Origin: an uncultured Elusimicrobia bacterium
GTDB lineage: Bacteria; Elusimicrobiota; Elusimicrobia; 2-01-FULL-59-12
Assembly: GCA_963702895.1 (NCBI GenBank)
Contig: OY969767.1
Span: forward strand, 1,386,506-1,450,505
Direction: 5' to 3'
Length of the DNA stretch: 64,000 nucleotides
Part shown: in pieces, positions 1-9,535 of the stretch
How the letters are laid out: each line of letters starts with the position of its first letter
How positions within the stretch are numbered: the first letter of the stretch is position 1
The notes under the pieces: model-generated
The model's input: only the letters and a program-made list of their open reading frames with translations
The model's database searches: none
What the model was told of the DNA's origin: nothing
Program-made: the position numbers and the translations under genes

Positions 1-636
1 GCGGTTTTCTCGCACGACACCTTGCGGGGTTTTAAAGGACTCCAAATGGTCCTTACCGACGTTGGTGATCAGAGCCACCTGAGGCCGGAGCAGATCGGCC
101 AGAAGATCCATATCGCCAGGCATGGAAGTTCCCAACTCCAGGAGGGCGTAACGGTGGTCCGGTTCCCACTCTGTGAGCATCAAAGGAAGACCGATATGAT
201 TGTTGAGGTTCCCGCGAGTGGAGAGCGTTTTTCCGGACCTTTGGAGGATGAGCGCCAGCATATCCTTCGTGGTGGTCTTGCCGTTGGAACCTGTGAGCCC
301 GATAAAGAGCGTGTGGTCCGCTTGGCTCCTGACCATGCGCGCCGTGTCCTGGAGGGCCTTCAGTGTATGGCCCACCTGAATCACATGGGTGGTCCGGTCC
401 ACATCAAAGTCCAAACCCGCTTCCAAGCGATCGACCACGAGCGCCTGGGCCCGCTTGCGGGAGGCCACTTTCAGAAAGCGGTGTCCATCGAACCGGGGTC
501 CGCGGAGCGCAAAGAAAATATCCCCGCTTTGAAGCGTTCGTGTGTCAATGGAGACTTTCCGGCAGGGCGTTTGGGGATAACCCAGTACGAGACGCCCGCC
601 CGTGGCCTTGACGATCTCTTGCACGCACACGTTCAC
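1..636 (-). CDS. murF: UDP-N-acetylmuramoyl-tripeptide--D-alanyl-D-alanine ligase MurF (N-terminal part; gene continues past window start)
   Basis: Reverse-strand translation gives ...NVCVQEIVKATGGRLV... and the Mur ligase P-loop LFIGLTGSNGKTTTKDM (rc of 277-309). Probable GTG start at 636-634 with GTGA overlap on the murE stop. Not in the ORF track because its stop lies outside the window. Confidence 0.8.
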   Translation of the reverse strand, partial: MNVCVQEIVKATGGRLVLGYPQTPCRKVSIDTRTLQSGDIFFALRGPRFDGHRFLKVASRKRAQALVVDRLEAGLDFDVDRTTHVIQVGHTLKALQDTARMVRSQADHTLFIGLTGSNGKTTTKDMLALILQRSGKTLSTRGNLNNHIGLPLMLTEWEPDHRYALLELGTSMPGDMDLLADLLRPQVALITNVGKDHLESFKTPQGVVRENR

Positions 637-2231
637 GCGAGGGTCTCCAGGAGTTGGCGCACCACGAGCCGATCATCGAAAGGGACCGTTCGATCCGACA
701 GAATCTGATAATTCTCGTGGCCTTTGCCGGCCACCAGCACCAGGTCCCCTTCGGTGGCAAGCGCAATGGCTTTCTGGAGGGCCTGTTCTCGGTCCAAAAT
801 GATTTCGTAGTGGTTCGACCGCACGCGGCGCACACCGACCTCCACGTCCAGAGCAATCCGACCAGGATCTTCACTGCGGGGATTGTCGGAGGTGACGATG
901 ACTTCGTCACTCATCTGGGCAGCCGCCTCGCCCATCAACGGACGTTTCGCCCGATCTCGGTCCCCCCCACAGCCAAAGACGGTGATCAAACGCCGGGGAT
1001 TGAGCTTGCGCAGGGCGGCCATCGCTTTCCGCAAGGCGTCTTCGGTATGAGCATAATCCACCACGACCGTAAATCCCCGCCGGGAGGGGATGCGCTCCAT
1101 GCGCCCTGGAACCATCGACACCGTTTCAAGCCCTTCGACAATATCGGGGACGGCAAGGCCCTGAGACAAGGCCACCCCGGCGGCGGCGAGCGCGTTCATC
1201 ACGTTATAGTCGCCCACCAGCGGCAGTCGCACAGGATGGTTGCCGCTCGGGGTGCAAAGGAGGAACCGGCTGCCCGTCGCCTCACAGACCAGGTCTTTCG
1301 TCGAGAGATCAGCGGGGCCGGTCAATCGGTAGAGAAGCTTGGGGACCCGGGCTGATCCGAACCCTTTCTGGACCCAAGGATCGTCGGCATTGAGGACCGT
1401 GCACCGCGGAAAGGCCTTGGAGGATCGAGGTCCAATCGACGTAAAGAGCTTGGACTTTGCCGCGGCATAGGCCTCCATGGTCTTGTGGAAGTCCAGATGA
1501 TCCTGGGTGAGATTGGTCAAGACCGCGACATCGAAATCGACGCCTTCCACGCGCGAGAGCTCCAATGCATGGGAGGAGACCTCCATGATACAGGCTTGGG
1601 CGCCCCGTTGGAGGATGTCGGACAAGAAACGCTGGACATCGCTCGCAAAAGGTGTGGTGTTCGGAGCCGGCATACTTTCATTTCCAAAACGGTAATTGAT
1701 GGTCCCGAGCACGCCTGTCGGCCACCCGACATGACGGAAGATGGATTCCACAAGATAGGACGTTGTCGTCTTCCCATTGGTTCCGGTAATGCCGACCAGG
1801 CGAAGCTTGGACGAGGGGTTGTCCCAGAACCGGACGGAGACGTGCGCCAGGGCCTTGAGGGCGTTGGAAACCTGGACCCGCGTGACAGAACCCGGGACCA
1901 CCTCTCCCTCCGCCAGAACAGCAGAAGCTCCCGCTTTCACCGCTCGATCGATGAAGGCCCGTCCATCCTGATGGACTCCCTGAAGGGCGACAAAGAGCGA
2001 GCCTTTCTTGATTTTCCTGGAGTCAAAAGCGATGTCCTCCACGCCAACCTGGGAGGACCCCCGCACATCACAGGGCAGGCCCTGAAGGAGAAATTCGAGG
2101 GTTTTCATCAGCGACGGCCTATGATCCGGGCGGTGGCGACGGGGGCCAGCGATTCGGAGGGGATCTTGAGGTAAGGCGCCGCATGTTTCAGGATCCGCGA
2201 AAACAGTGGCGCGGCTTCGGAGCTGCCCCAA
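633..2231 (-). CDS. murE: UDP-N-acetylmuramoyl-L-alanyl-D-glutamate--2,6-diaminopimelate ligase MurE
   Basis: 532-aa ORF with the Mur ligase motif GITGTNGKTTT and the typical MurE C-terminus TSDNPRSEDP. Position between ftsI and murF in the dcw cluster. The true start may be internal, since the ORF overlaps ftsI by 124 nt. Confidence 0.9.
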   Translation of the reverse strand: MGQLRSRATVFADPETCGALPQDPLRIAGPRRHRPDHRPSLMKTLEFLLQGLPCDVRGSSQVGVEDIAFDSRKIKKGSLFVALQGVHQDGRAFIDRAVKAGASAVLAEGEVVPGSVTRVQVSNALKALAHVSVRFWDNPSSKLRLVGITGTNGKTTTSYLVESIFRHVGWPTGVLGTINYRFGNESMPAPNTTPFASDVQRFLSDILQRGAQACIMEVSSHALELSRVEGVDFDVAVLTNLTQDHLDFHKTMEAYAAAKSKLFTSIGPRSSKAFPRCTVLNADDPWVQKGFGSARVPKLLYRLTGPADLSTKDLVCEATGSRFLLCTPSGNHPVRLPLVGDYNVMNALAAAGVALSQGLAVPDIVEGLETVSMVPGRMERIPSRRGFTVVVDYAHTEDALRKAMAALRKLNPRRLITVFGCGGDRDRAKRPLMGEAAAQMSDEVIVTSDNPRSEDPGRIALDVEVGVRRVRSNHYEIILDREQALQKAIALATEGDLVLVAGKGHENYQILSDRTVPFDDRLVVRQLLETLA

Positions 2232-3844
2232 TAGTTGACACGAGGCTCATCGAGGAAAACGCCGATCACCAGGCGCGGCCGATCGAGTGGAGCAAAACCG
2301 CAAAAGGAGGCGATATAGAGAGAGTCCGAATATTCGCGTGTGCGTGGGTCGATCTTTTGGGCCGTGCCTGTTTTTCCCGCCACGCGGAGCCCCTCGACAT
2401 GGGCGGCCTTGCCGGTACCCTCTTCGACGACCGCTCTAAGGATCGAGCGCATGATGGCGGCTGTTTGTTGGGAAACGACCCGTCGAATGGGAGGGGCGGC
2501 CGTCCATTCCTGGTACTGGCCATGTTCATCGATGACGCCCTTGTAGAGACGCGGCTCGTAGAGCAGTCCGCCATTGGCAAGGGCACTGAAGGCATTGACG
2601 ATCTGAAGAGGGGTGGCACCGACTTCTTGGCCGAAAGCGATCGTCTCAAGACTGGAGAGGTGCCACTGCTGCGTGGGCCGAAGAATGCCAGCGCCATCGC
2701 CCGGGAGACCGCATCCCGAAGGCATGCCGAAACCAAAAGCTCTTGAATAGCGATAGAGGGGGTGTTTCCCCAGCTTGCGGGCGATCTTGGCGGTACCGAT
2801 ATTGGACGAGTGGCTGATCACTTCAGAAAACGTCAACCATCCATCCTTTTCATGGTCATGAATGGTTCGTCCGGGAATATCCCATTCGCCGTTTTCGCAG
2901 AAGAAATTGTCTTTGAGCGAAGCGGCACCTTCTTCCAGGGCGGCCGCCGCGGTGACAATTTTGAAGGTGGAGCCGGGCTCAAAGACATGCTCCACCGCTG
3001 GGTTTTTCAGGTGCTCCGGACCATAATCGGAGGGCTGCAGGGGACTGCCCCAGACGTTGGGGTCAAAAGAAGGCGCCGTGGCCATCGCGAGGATTTCGCC
3101 GGTCTGCGGGTCCTGCACAATCACAGTCCCGCTTTTCGGGCGTGAGAGTTTCATTTGGTCGGCCAGTTCCTGCTCCACAATGGTTTGCAGGGTCCGGTCC
3201 AGCGTCAACACCACCGATTGGGGCGGCAGGTCCGGTTTCGTCGCCACCGGAGACTGGCGCTTCTTCGCGAAGGTCCATGACTTGAAGATCGTGGGTGTCC
3301 CTTGACGGCTGAGCCACCGCTCCGTCATGAGCTCGACACCGGAGAGCCCTTTTTGGTTGTCGCCCACAATACCCAGGACATGCGCGGCCAGCGACTCCTC
3401 GGGATAGAAACGTTTCGTGTCCGAAGCGACGCTGATGCCGGGGCGTTTGAGGGATTTTATTTTGATGGCCGTGTCCGGATCGAGTCGCCGGGCGAGCCAC
3501 ACAAAGCGCTTGCGCTGGGTGAGCTTCTGATAAAGGACCTCGAACTTCTCCTGGAGGAGCGGCGCCAAGATTTTCGCGGTCTCCAGGGGGTCCGTCACCC
3601 GGGCAGGGTCGGCATAGCAGGCCCCGCCGTGCAGGCTCATGGCCAGCGTCGCTCCGTTCCTGTCGAGGATCGCGCCTCGTGGGATGATTTCTTGCAGACG
3701 CTGGGCGCGCGTATTTTCACGATCGACGCGCTTCTGGAGCGACGCGTGGCAATAGATCTGAAGATAACCCAGGCGCAGCGCGACAAAGGCGAAGAACGCG
3801 AGGGACGCGACGCGCGTCATCCAGAGCCTGGTATTTCGGATCAT
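2108..3844 (-). CDS. ftsI: Peptidoglycan D,D-transpeptidase FtsI (class B penicillin-binding protein)
   Basis: 578-aa ORF with an N-terminal TM segment, a PBP dimerisation region and transpeptidase motifs (STFK, SSN-like SHSSN, KTGTA). Location ftsL-ftsI-murE. Confidence 0.88.
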   Translation of the reverse strand: MIRNTRLWMTRVASLAFFAFVALRLGYLQIYCHASLQKRVDRENTRAQRLQEIIPRGAILDRNGATLAMSLHGGACYADPARVTDPLETAKILAPLLQEKFEVLYQKLTQRKRFVWLARRLDPDTAIKIKSLKRPGISVASDTKRFYPEESLAAHVLGIVGDNQKGLSGVELMTERWLSRQGTPTIFKSWTFAKKRQSPVATKPDLPPQSVVLTLDRTLQTIVEQELADQMKLSRPKSGTVIVQDPQTGEILAMATAPSFDPNVWGSPLQPSDYGPEHLKNPAVEHVFEPGSTFKIVTAAAALEEGAASLKDNFFCENGEWDIPGRTIHDHEKDGWLTFSEVISHSSNIGTAKIARKLGKHPLYRYSRAFGFGMPSGCGLPGDGAGILRPTQQWHLSSLETIAFGQEVGATPLQIVNAFSALANGGLLYEPRLYKGVIDEHGQYQEWTAAPPIRRVVSQQTAAIMRSILRAVVEEGTGKAAHVEGLRVAGKTGTAQKIDPRTREYSDSLYIASFCGFAPLDRPRLVIGVFLDEPRVNYWGSSEAAPLFSRILKHAAPYLKIPSESLAPVATARIIGRR

Positions 3845-4122
3845 AGCTGTATGCCGATGCGCCGCGTCGCGGGCAAGGGGCCCATGGACCGTTCCTTCGC
3901 GACCGCGTCTAAGCGGCTGGGTGAGACGGCCTGATGGATTTGTGTTTGCCGAAGGCCGTTTTGATAAGTCAACCGGTCCACTTCAGCGCGCATGCTGGAC
4001 AGATGTCTTCCCAGACGCTGCGCCTGGACATGTTCCCACACCCTCAGCATGAGCACGGCCAGGACGAGGACGCAGAGTTGGACCCACTTCTTCATGTTCT
4101 CCCTGTCTCGCGCGTTCTTCAT
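3841..4122 (-). CDS. ftsL: Cell division protein FtsL (small bitopic membrane protein)
   Basis: 93-aa product MKNARDRENMKKWVQLCVLVLAVLMLRV... with a single TM segment. ATGA start/stop overlap with rsmH at 4119-4122. The ORF-track version (to 4266) is over-extended. Confidence 0.7.
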   Translation of the reverse strand: MKNARDRENMKKWVQLCVLVLAVLMLRVWEHVQAQRLGRHLSSMRAEVDRLTYQNGLRQTQIHQAVSPSRLDAVAKERSMGPLPATRRIGIQL

Positions 4123-5132
4123 AAGTGTTCCAACGCCCTGAGCTTCGCGCTGCGGGACCGGGGGTTCGTCTGGACCTCCGTCTCGCTGGGGCGCACGGGC
4201 TTTCTTTGCAAAAGTCTGCCCCAAGGCTTCCGGTGACACACACATTGAGGAAACCTCGGCGGGCATACACAGCCCTTGACCGCGGCTTGAAAGGCGGTCT
4301 TGACGCGACGGTCCTCCAAAGAGTGGAACGAGATCACCGCCGCTCGCCCCCCGGGAGCCAAATGCTGTTCAAGGCCGTCCAGAGCGGATTGCAGATTGGC
4401 GAGTTCGCCGTTCACCGCGATACGCAGGGCCTGGAAGCACCGGGTGGCAGGATCCATTCGTTGCAGCGGCGTTGACGTGGTCTTGCGGATGAGCTCCGCC
4501 ACCTTCCAAGCGTCATTGCTCAGCGTATGATTTCGGATCGCCTGCGTCAGCGCACGCGCGATCTTTCGCGCCTGGGGTTCTTCCCCATACTCGCGGAACA
4601 ACCGCGCGAGCTCCTCTTCGGAGGAATGCGTCAAGACTTGCCAGGCGGTCTGTGTCAAAGACTGGCTCATCCGCATGTCCAGCGGCCCCGGACGCAGGAA
4701 ACTAAAGCCCCGGTCCGAGTCCTGGAGCTGCATGGAGGAGAGCCCCAAGTCCAGAAGGATCCCGTCGGCTGTCTCACGACCCCTCTGAGACAGAACAGAC
4801 GGGAACTGGGCATAACTGGCCGCGACCCCTTCGAAGCGTTCGCCAAAACGGGCAAGACGCGTGGTGGCATGGTCCAGGGCCTCGGTGTCCCATTCAAGGC
4901 CCAAGACCTTCATACCCGGGTAGCGCTCCAAGAGCCTTTCGGAATGCCCCCCCAGACCCAACGTCCCATCGATCACCAACGCGGGACCCGGAAACGAAAA
5001 AAGCTCAACGACCTCCTCCGCCAGGACGGGGACGTGCTCGTGGACCACGCTCACAGCGCCAGTTGCGGTGCGACTTTTTCGAAACTGACTCGCGCCACTT
5101 TGCTGTAACGGCTCCAGTGTTCCCGGGACCAC
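4119..5132 (-). CDS. rsmH: 16S rRNA (cytosine1402-N4)-methyltransferase RsmH/MraW
   Basis: HEHVPVLAEEVVELF..GTLGLGGHSERLL...LLDLGLSSMQLQ motifs typical of RsmH. The true start is probably downstream of 5132, near the mraZ stop. Confidence 0.85.
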   Translation of the reverse strand: MVPGTLEPLQQSGASQFRKSRTATGAVSVVHEHVPVLAEEVVELFSFPGPALVIDGTLGLGGHSERLLERYPGMKVLGLEWDTEALDHATTRLARFGERFEGVAASYAQFPSVLSQRGRETADGILLDLGLSSMQLQDSDRGFSFLRPGPLDMRMSQSLTQTAWQVLTHSSEEELARLFREYGEEPQARKIARALTQAIRNHTLSNDAWKVAELIRKTTSTPLQRMDPATRCFQALRIAVNGELANLQSALDGLEQHLAPGGRAAVISFHSLEDRRVKTAFQAAVKGCVCPPRFPQCVCHRKPWGRLLQRKPVRPSETEVQTNPRSRSAKLRALEHL

Positions 5133-5500
5133 AATTCGACGTGTCGTAAAACCCCCAAAATGACCACCTGGCGCTTCAGGCCGGCATAGTCCTTTAAATG
5201 CTGAGGGATCAGAATCCGGCCTTGCGCATCGATCTCGGCTTCACAGGCCGCGGAAAGCAGCACCCGCTTAAACGCGCGCTCCTGCGCTTTGTCCTTCAAG
5301 GCAAGCGCGTCCAGTTTCGCGGCCAGGTGGTCCCAATATTTTATCGGAAAAAGAAACAAACACCGCTCCAGGCCCTGGGTCAGCACGTAATCGGCGCCAT
5401 GGGATTTTTCGCGGAAATGCGACGGAAGAAAAAGCCTGTTTTTGCCGTCCAGGCCGTGCTCGTACTGCCCGAGGTAACGATAGACTCTACTTTCCACCAC
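5051..5500 (-). CDS. mraZ: Transcriptional regulator MraZ
   Basis: 149-aa ORF with duplicated MraZ/SpoVT-AbrB-like halves (DGKNRLFLPSHFR ... DAQGRILIPQHLK). First gene of the dcw cluster. Confidence 0.85.
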   Translation of the reverse strand: MVESRVYRYLGQYEHGLDGKNRLFLPSHFREKSHGADYVLTQGLERCLFLFPIKYWDHLAAKLDALALKDKAQERAFKRVLLSAACEAEIDAQGRILIPQHLKDYAGLKRQVVILGVLRHVELWSREHWSRYSKVARVSFEKVAPQLAL

Positions 5501-5673
5501 TTTTCCCCACTGGGCTCTAGTATACCCCCCGAGGGAGTTTCTGTCAACGGCCCCGGCGCGTGCCAGAGGTGATCACGCGCCACACGGCAGAAAGGCCTCC
5601 CACCGTGGAGGGTGGAAGGCCTTAAGGAAAGTGAAAGCTGCATTCTATACACCGAATTCTGTACGGCAACGGC

Positions 5674-5772
5674 AAACGTCGTAAATGGTAAATGGTGAAG
5701 GAGGAATGGTGAAGAGTTCGATAGAACATAACGATTCACCATTTTCTATTTACTATTTACGCCGTCTGCCGT
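5674..5772. repeat. Palindromic AT-cored repeat, family A copy 1 (arms CGGCAAACGTCGTAAATGGTAAATGGTGAA / TTCACCATTTTCTATTTACTATTTACGCCGTCTGCCG)
   Basis: Imperfect ~100-bp hairpin seen directly in the sequence. Two further copies lie within 600 bp. Confidence 0.7.
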
Positions 5773-5845
5773 CACCGTCGAGCGCCATTCTTCTGGGCGA
5801 CGACCTCGAGTGCGGACGAGCCGGGACCAGCTCTCCTCGAACCCC

Positions 5846-5938
5846 GGGAACGGCAAACGTCGAAAATAGAAAATGGAAAATAGCACTTTCTCATCTCTCT
5901 ATTTTCGATTCTCTATTTTCGCCGTATGCCGTTCCCGG
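5846..5938. repeat. Palindromic repeat, family A copy 2
   Basis: GGGAACGGCAAACGTCGAAAATAGAAAATGG...CTATTTTCGCCGTATGCCGTTCCCGG. Same arm structure as copy 1. Confidence 0.7.
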
Positions 5939-6037
5939 CATCTTGCTCCGGATGGGGTTTGCCTTGCTCCCTTCGTTACCTCAGGGACGGTGAGCTCTTA
6001 CCTCGCCATTTCACCCTTACCCGTCACGACCAACTCA

Positions 6038-6122
6038 GGGTTCAGAGCTCAGAACTCAGAGAGGGCGATGGTTTTATAAGAATCATCCTTATCTCTGAGC
6101 TCTGAGTCCTGAATTCTGAGCT
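6038..6122. repeat. Palindrome built on a CAGAACTCAGA motif
   Basis: CAGAGCTCAGAACTCAGAGAG...CTCTGAGCTCTGAGTCCTGAATTCTGAGC inverted repeat. A related AGCTCAGAACTCAGAAGGCAGAGTTCAGAA lies at 10061-10095. Confidence 0.6.
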
Positions 6123-6164
6123 GGCCGTTCCAGGCGGTGTATTTTCTGTGGCACTTTCCGTTGA

Positions 6165-6266
6165 GAACGGCAAACGTCGTAAATAGTAAATGGTGAATCG
6201 TGAACAGTATTTGCGCATGCTCCTACTCACTATTTTCTATTTACTATTTACGCCGTCTGCCGTTCC
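6165..6266. repeat. Palindromic repeat, family A copy 3
   Basis: GAACGGCAAACGTCGTAAATAGTAAATGGTGAA...TATTTTCTATTTACTATTTACGCCGTCTGCCGTTCC. Confidence 0.7.
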
Positions 6267-6485
6267 CCCCCTGGCTTGCGCCAGGCATCCTGCCCATGGA
6301 GTTCGGACTTTCCTCCCACCTCCGCTCATTCTTGCGCTTCGCGCGGCGATGAGCTACGGTGGGCAAGCCCCCCCTATAAAAAAGGGGCCTGCCCGCCATA
6401 GCTCTGCCGCAGCGCGTTAGCGCTAAGAGCGGGCGGAGGCGGGCGGCGCTCCGAATGCAGCTTTCAAAGAGCGAACAACAAAAGC

Positions 6486-7202
6486 TTAAGCAGCCGGGAC
6501 TTCTTCGAGATAAACGATGCGCGAGCAGGACTCGCAGCTGACGATCTTATGGCCGCGGCGCAATTCAACGATCAGGTTTTGTGAGACCTTCATGTGGCAG
6601 CCGGAACATTGCCCTTTGAGAATCGGGACCACCGTGGCCCCGCGCTTGCCGTTGCGCAGCGTGGAATACTGGTGGGCCAGGGGCTTCGCGAGGGAGGCCA
6701 GCGCCTGCGCGCGCTCGGCTTGCTTGGCCGCGATGGTTTTTTCGAGCTCTTTGCCCCTGGCTTCCCATTCCAAAATCTGTTGCTGGAGCGTTGTTTCGTG
6801 ACCTTGGGAGTCCGCCTCTTTTTGCTTCCAGACTTTGGTCGCCTGGTCGATCTGCTCCATCAGCTGCAAAATTTGGTCTTCGAGCGACGATTTGACCTGC
6901 TTGGCTTTATCAATCTCGCCAAGCAAGGCTTTATAGGCTTCGTTGGTTTTGATGGCATTCAGGTCCGTCGAATGCTTACGAATGGCCGTTTCCTGGACGT
7001 CCAGGTCCAGCTCCTTCTGCTTCTTCGTGAGCTGAAACTGGTTCAGCTCTTTCTTCGCAGACTCCAGCGCCGTTTTCTCTGCCTGGATCTCCCCCTTTAA
7101 GCCGGCGACCCTGCCAGGGACTGACGCCAGTTCATTTTGAAGCCGGTCCAACTCGAGATCCCTTTCCTGTAGGGACAAGAGCAACTTGATGTCGTCTTTC
7201 AT
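6486..7202 (-). CDS. Zinc-ribbon domain protein with long coiled-coil (COG1579/DUF164 family)
   Basis: 238-aa ORF. The N-terminal ~190 aa are coiled-coil. The C-terminus carries CxxC...CxxC (CSGCHMKV...CESCSRIVY), typical of this family. Confidence 0.8.
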   Translation of the reverse strand: MKDDIKLLLSLQERDLELDRLQNELASVPGRVAGLKGEIQAEKTALESAKKELNQFQLTKKQKELDLDVQETAIRKHSTDLNAIKTNEAYKALLGEIDKAKQVKSSLEDQILQLMEQIDQATKVWKQKEADSQGHETTLQQQILEWEARGKELEKTIAAKQAERAQALASLAKPLAHQYSTLRNGKRGATVVPILKGQCSGCHMKVSQNLIVELRRGHKIVSCESCSRIVYLEEVPAA

Positions 7203-7282
7203 TGAGGGATGTCATTTTATCTTATCACCCGCGCCATCACCAGCCCCGGAAGCGGGGTGGGGAGTTGGAGACATTCCCCAAG

Positions 7283-8046
7283 TTATGCATAATTCGCCCA
7301 TGAGCATGGTCTTTCTGTTCTGGCTGAGCGCCCTTTATACCCTGGCTCTCTTTAGCGCACAGTTCGCCGAATTTCTTACCGCGGGTCGACTTCACGTTCA
7401 GCTTGCCACAGCCAATGCTCTGTATCTTGCTCTTCTATCAACCTATGTCGGAGGAAAAGAGATCAAACGCTGGACGGTCGGCTTCAAACCCAATGAACAA
7501 GGCGTGTCCACAGAGCAGGGTCAGCGTGCTCCCTTTCGGCTTAAAGGCGAATGGTTTGTGGGGCTTTGGGTTCTTTTTCTGCTCGCCGCCAATCTGGGGT
7601 CGGAGATCTGGCCCGCACGATTTGCCTACCCCAAAGGATTGACCCTCATTGCGTTTGAAGTCCTGGGGTTTTATATCGGCTCCAGCGCCTCCCGCTGGCT
7701 GAACGACCGGATCGAGGAAAGGGCGCATGTGGAGCTTGAGCAACAGCTCGAGGCCGAAAGCGGGAAGGGAAATGCGCGATCCGCATCTTCCGTATCTCCC
7801 GTCACAAGCCCACGCCTCAACCGTAAGCGTCTACGCTACGAGAAAGCGATCCTTGAAGCGGTACACCGCAAAGGAGGCCTGCGGCGCCAAGAGATCGAAG
7901 CGCTTCTTGGACTTTCGCGGGCGGCTTCCTTGCGCATTATCGGCCATCTCATGGAGAAAGGTTTGCTCAAGCGTACCGGCGAGCCGGGCGACCCCGACAC
8001 GTTGTATCAAGCTGATTCAGATCTCCATCCAGCTGCTCGTTTTTAG
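7283..8046 (+). CDS. Hypothetical membrane protein with C-terminal winged-helix/HTH domain
   Basis: Several predicted TM helices are followed by LEAVHRKGGLRRQEIEALLGLSRAASLRIIGHLMEKGLLKR (MarR/ArsR-like wHTH). The start was chosen at the internal MHNSPMSMV. The ORF-track start (7186) overlaps the divergent gene. Confidence 0.45.
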
Positions 8047-8236
8047 CCCAACCTGCTCACTTTTTCAGTTGAAGCTGCTCGTTTTGGAAGGCCAACCTGC
8101 TCACTTTTCGAGGAAGCTGCTCACTTTTTTGAGCTGAAGCTGCTCGTTTTAGAAGTCCAAGCTGCTCGTTTTTCGAGGAAGCTGCTCACTTTTTTGAGCT
8201 GAAGCTGCTCGTTTTCAGAGGGGACCTGCTCACTTC
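8030..8236. repeat. Tandem array, ~10 units of 21-23 bp (consensus GCTGCTC[GA][C]TTTT..GA[GA]GAA)
   Basis: Visible direct repeats beginning in the last codons of the 7283-8046 gene and running to 8236. Confidence 0.8.
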
Positions 8237-8389
8237 TCGCGGAGGGCGTCGTGGGGACGGCGCATCGTGGGGCGTAGAGGATTCGAGCGCCACACAACAG
8301 GCGCTCGCCCGCCGGTCCTGTGGCGGGCGAACCTCTGGCTTCCATCGTGTGAGGACGTTCGCCCTGAACGATTGAGAACCATGCCAAAG

Positions 8390-8464
8390 TGGTGGGCGCT
8401 ACAGGATTCGAACCTGTGACCCCTGTCGTGTGAGGACAGTGCTCTACCGCTGAGCTAAGCACCC
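8390..8464 (-). tRNA. tRNA-Val (anticodon CAC), CCA encoded
   Basis: The reverse complement folds as a canonical cloverleaf: acceptor GGGTGCT/AGCGCCC, D-arm GCTCAGCGGTAGAGC, anticodon stem CTGTC/GACAG with loop CTCACAC, T-arm ACAGGTTCGAATCCTGT, 3' ACCA. Confidence 0.85.
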
Positions 8465-8979
8465 AAATTGATTCTCAATCACCGTTTGATGACAATGAGC
8501 ATTCAGGGCGAACGCTCCCGCCTACGACTTGCGGGACCAACACGCTATAAGGAATTATGGAAGCACACGTCTACCGCTGTCCCGTCCAATATTTGAGACC
8601 GCCTCTGGCGGGCAGGATCGTCGGGGCAATCCCAACTCGATCGCTCGACGAGGCGATCTCAAACAATAGTAGTGTTGTTGCTTTCAACTCCAATGCTTGT
8701 GAAGGCGTATTTTACTTAATAAAGAGAAATGTAAATGGATAACGTGACCAGAGCGGCCAATGTTTCAACGAGTTGCATACGAAGGAATTATCATTTTCGT
8801 CGGGAGGAAAGACCCTCCCGGAGTATGGAAATAAGTGTATTTGATACGTGTTACAGGGAGACTTCTTCATTGAAACAAGAACGTAAATTATAGTCCCAGC
8901 CCTAACGCCGACAGACTTCTATTTTTCGTGGGTATTATGCTCAAACTAAATAGTACCGTCGAAGTCCCTTTGAGCAGGG

Positions 8980-9318
8980 CTAGTTGGGCCAGCGAATCAG
9001 CTTACCCGGTAATGGGAAGACTGGCTTTTTCGACCACGCTTCTTGGAAGGCACGGGCATAGGCTGAGCCGCGCTGCTGAGGGAGGGTGATCAGAATAACG
9101 CTGATATTCGGAAATTTCTTAAGTGCCTTCGCAGCGGATTCGCTGAAATCTTGATCTTTTGTGAGAATGCAAATAACCCCGGCAACGGCAGCCATCTTTA
9201 CCAACTCGCCGTTGCTCAATCTTTGCCAGCCACGTTCTGCGGTGGTTTCAGCAGGAATTCCTAGCGATTGAAAGATCGGCGCTAGTTGGCGAGGTAGATT
9301 GTGATCAAGCAGCCACAC
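8980..9318 (-). CDS. DUF5615 (PIN-like/Mut7-C) toxin of a DUF433-DUF5615 TA pair
   Basis: 112-aa ORF overlapping the upstream DUF433 gene by 14 nt. Lies in a low-GC islet between two tRNA genes. The same pair recurs at 30010-30606. Confidence 0.7.
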   Translation of the reverse strand: MWLLDHNLPRQLAPIFQSLGIPAETTAERGWQRLSNGELVKMAAVAGVICILTKDQDFSESAAKALKKFPNISVILITLPQQRGSAYARAFQEAWSKKPVFPLPGKLIRWPN

Positions 9319-9535
9319 GATGCATCTGCTGGGCGGCGAATTTGAGGATTTCAGGAACGGATTCTGGGGGAAATCCCGGATAATCGTCGGCGATTTCCTG
9401 TGCCAACATGCCGATAGAGAGACATTCCAAGACCTGGGCTACGGAGATACGCGTGCCTTTAATAACAGGCTTTCCTCCAAGCAGGTCCGGGTGATGGACG
9501 ATCCATTGAAACCCTTTATAGGGTCGAGTTTGCAT
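9305..9535 (-). CDS. DUF433 antitoxin-like protein
   Basis: 76-aa ORF, ...GGKPVIKGTRISVAQVLECLSIGMLAQEIADDYPGFPPESV..., typical of DUF433. Confidence 0.7.
   Translation of the reverse strand: MQTRPYKGFQWIVHHPDLLGGKPVIKGTRISVAQVLECLSIGMLAQEIADDYPGFPPESVPEILKFAAQQMHRVAA

Noticed and set aside
22-708. 228-aa plus-strand ORF at the window start
   Set aside because: It is antisense to murF, whose Mur-ligase P-loop and N-terminal domain read cleanly on the minus strand. No motif on the plus strand.
8030-8236. Possible CRISPR arrays (8030-8236 and 41607-41775)
   Set aside because: Unit length is 21-23 bp with no alternation of conserved repeat and unique spacer. No cas genes. The period is too short for CRISPR.
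8121-8462. 113-aa minus-strand ORF
   Set aside because: Overlaps the tRNA-Val gene and the GC-rich upstream region. No coding signature.
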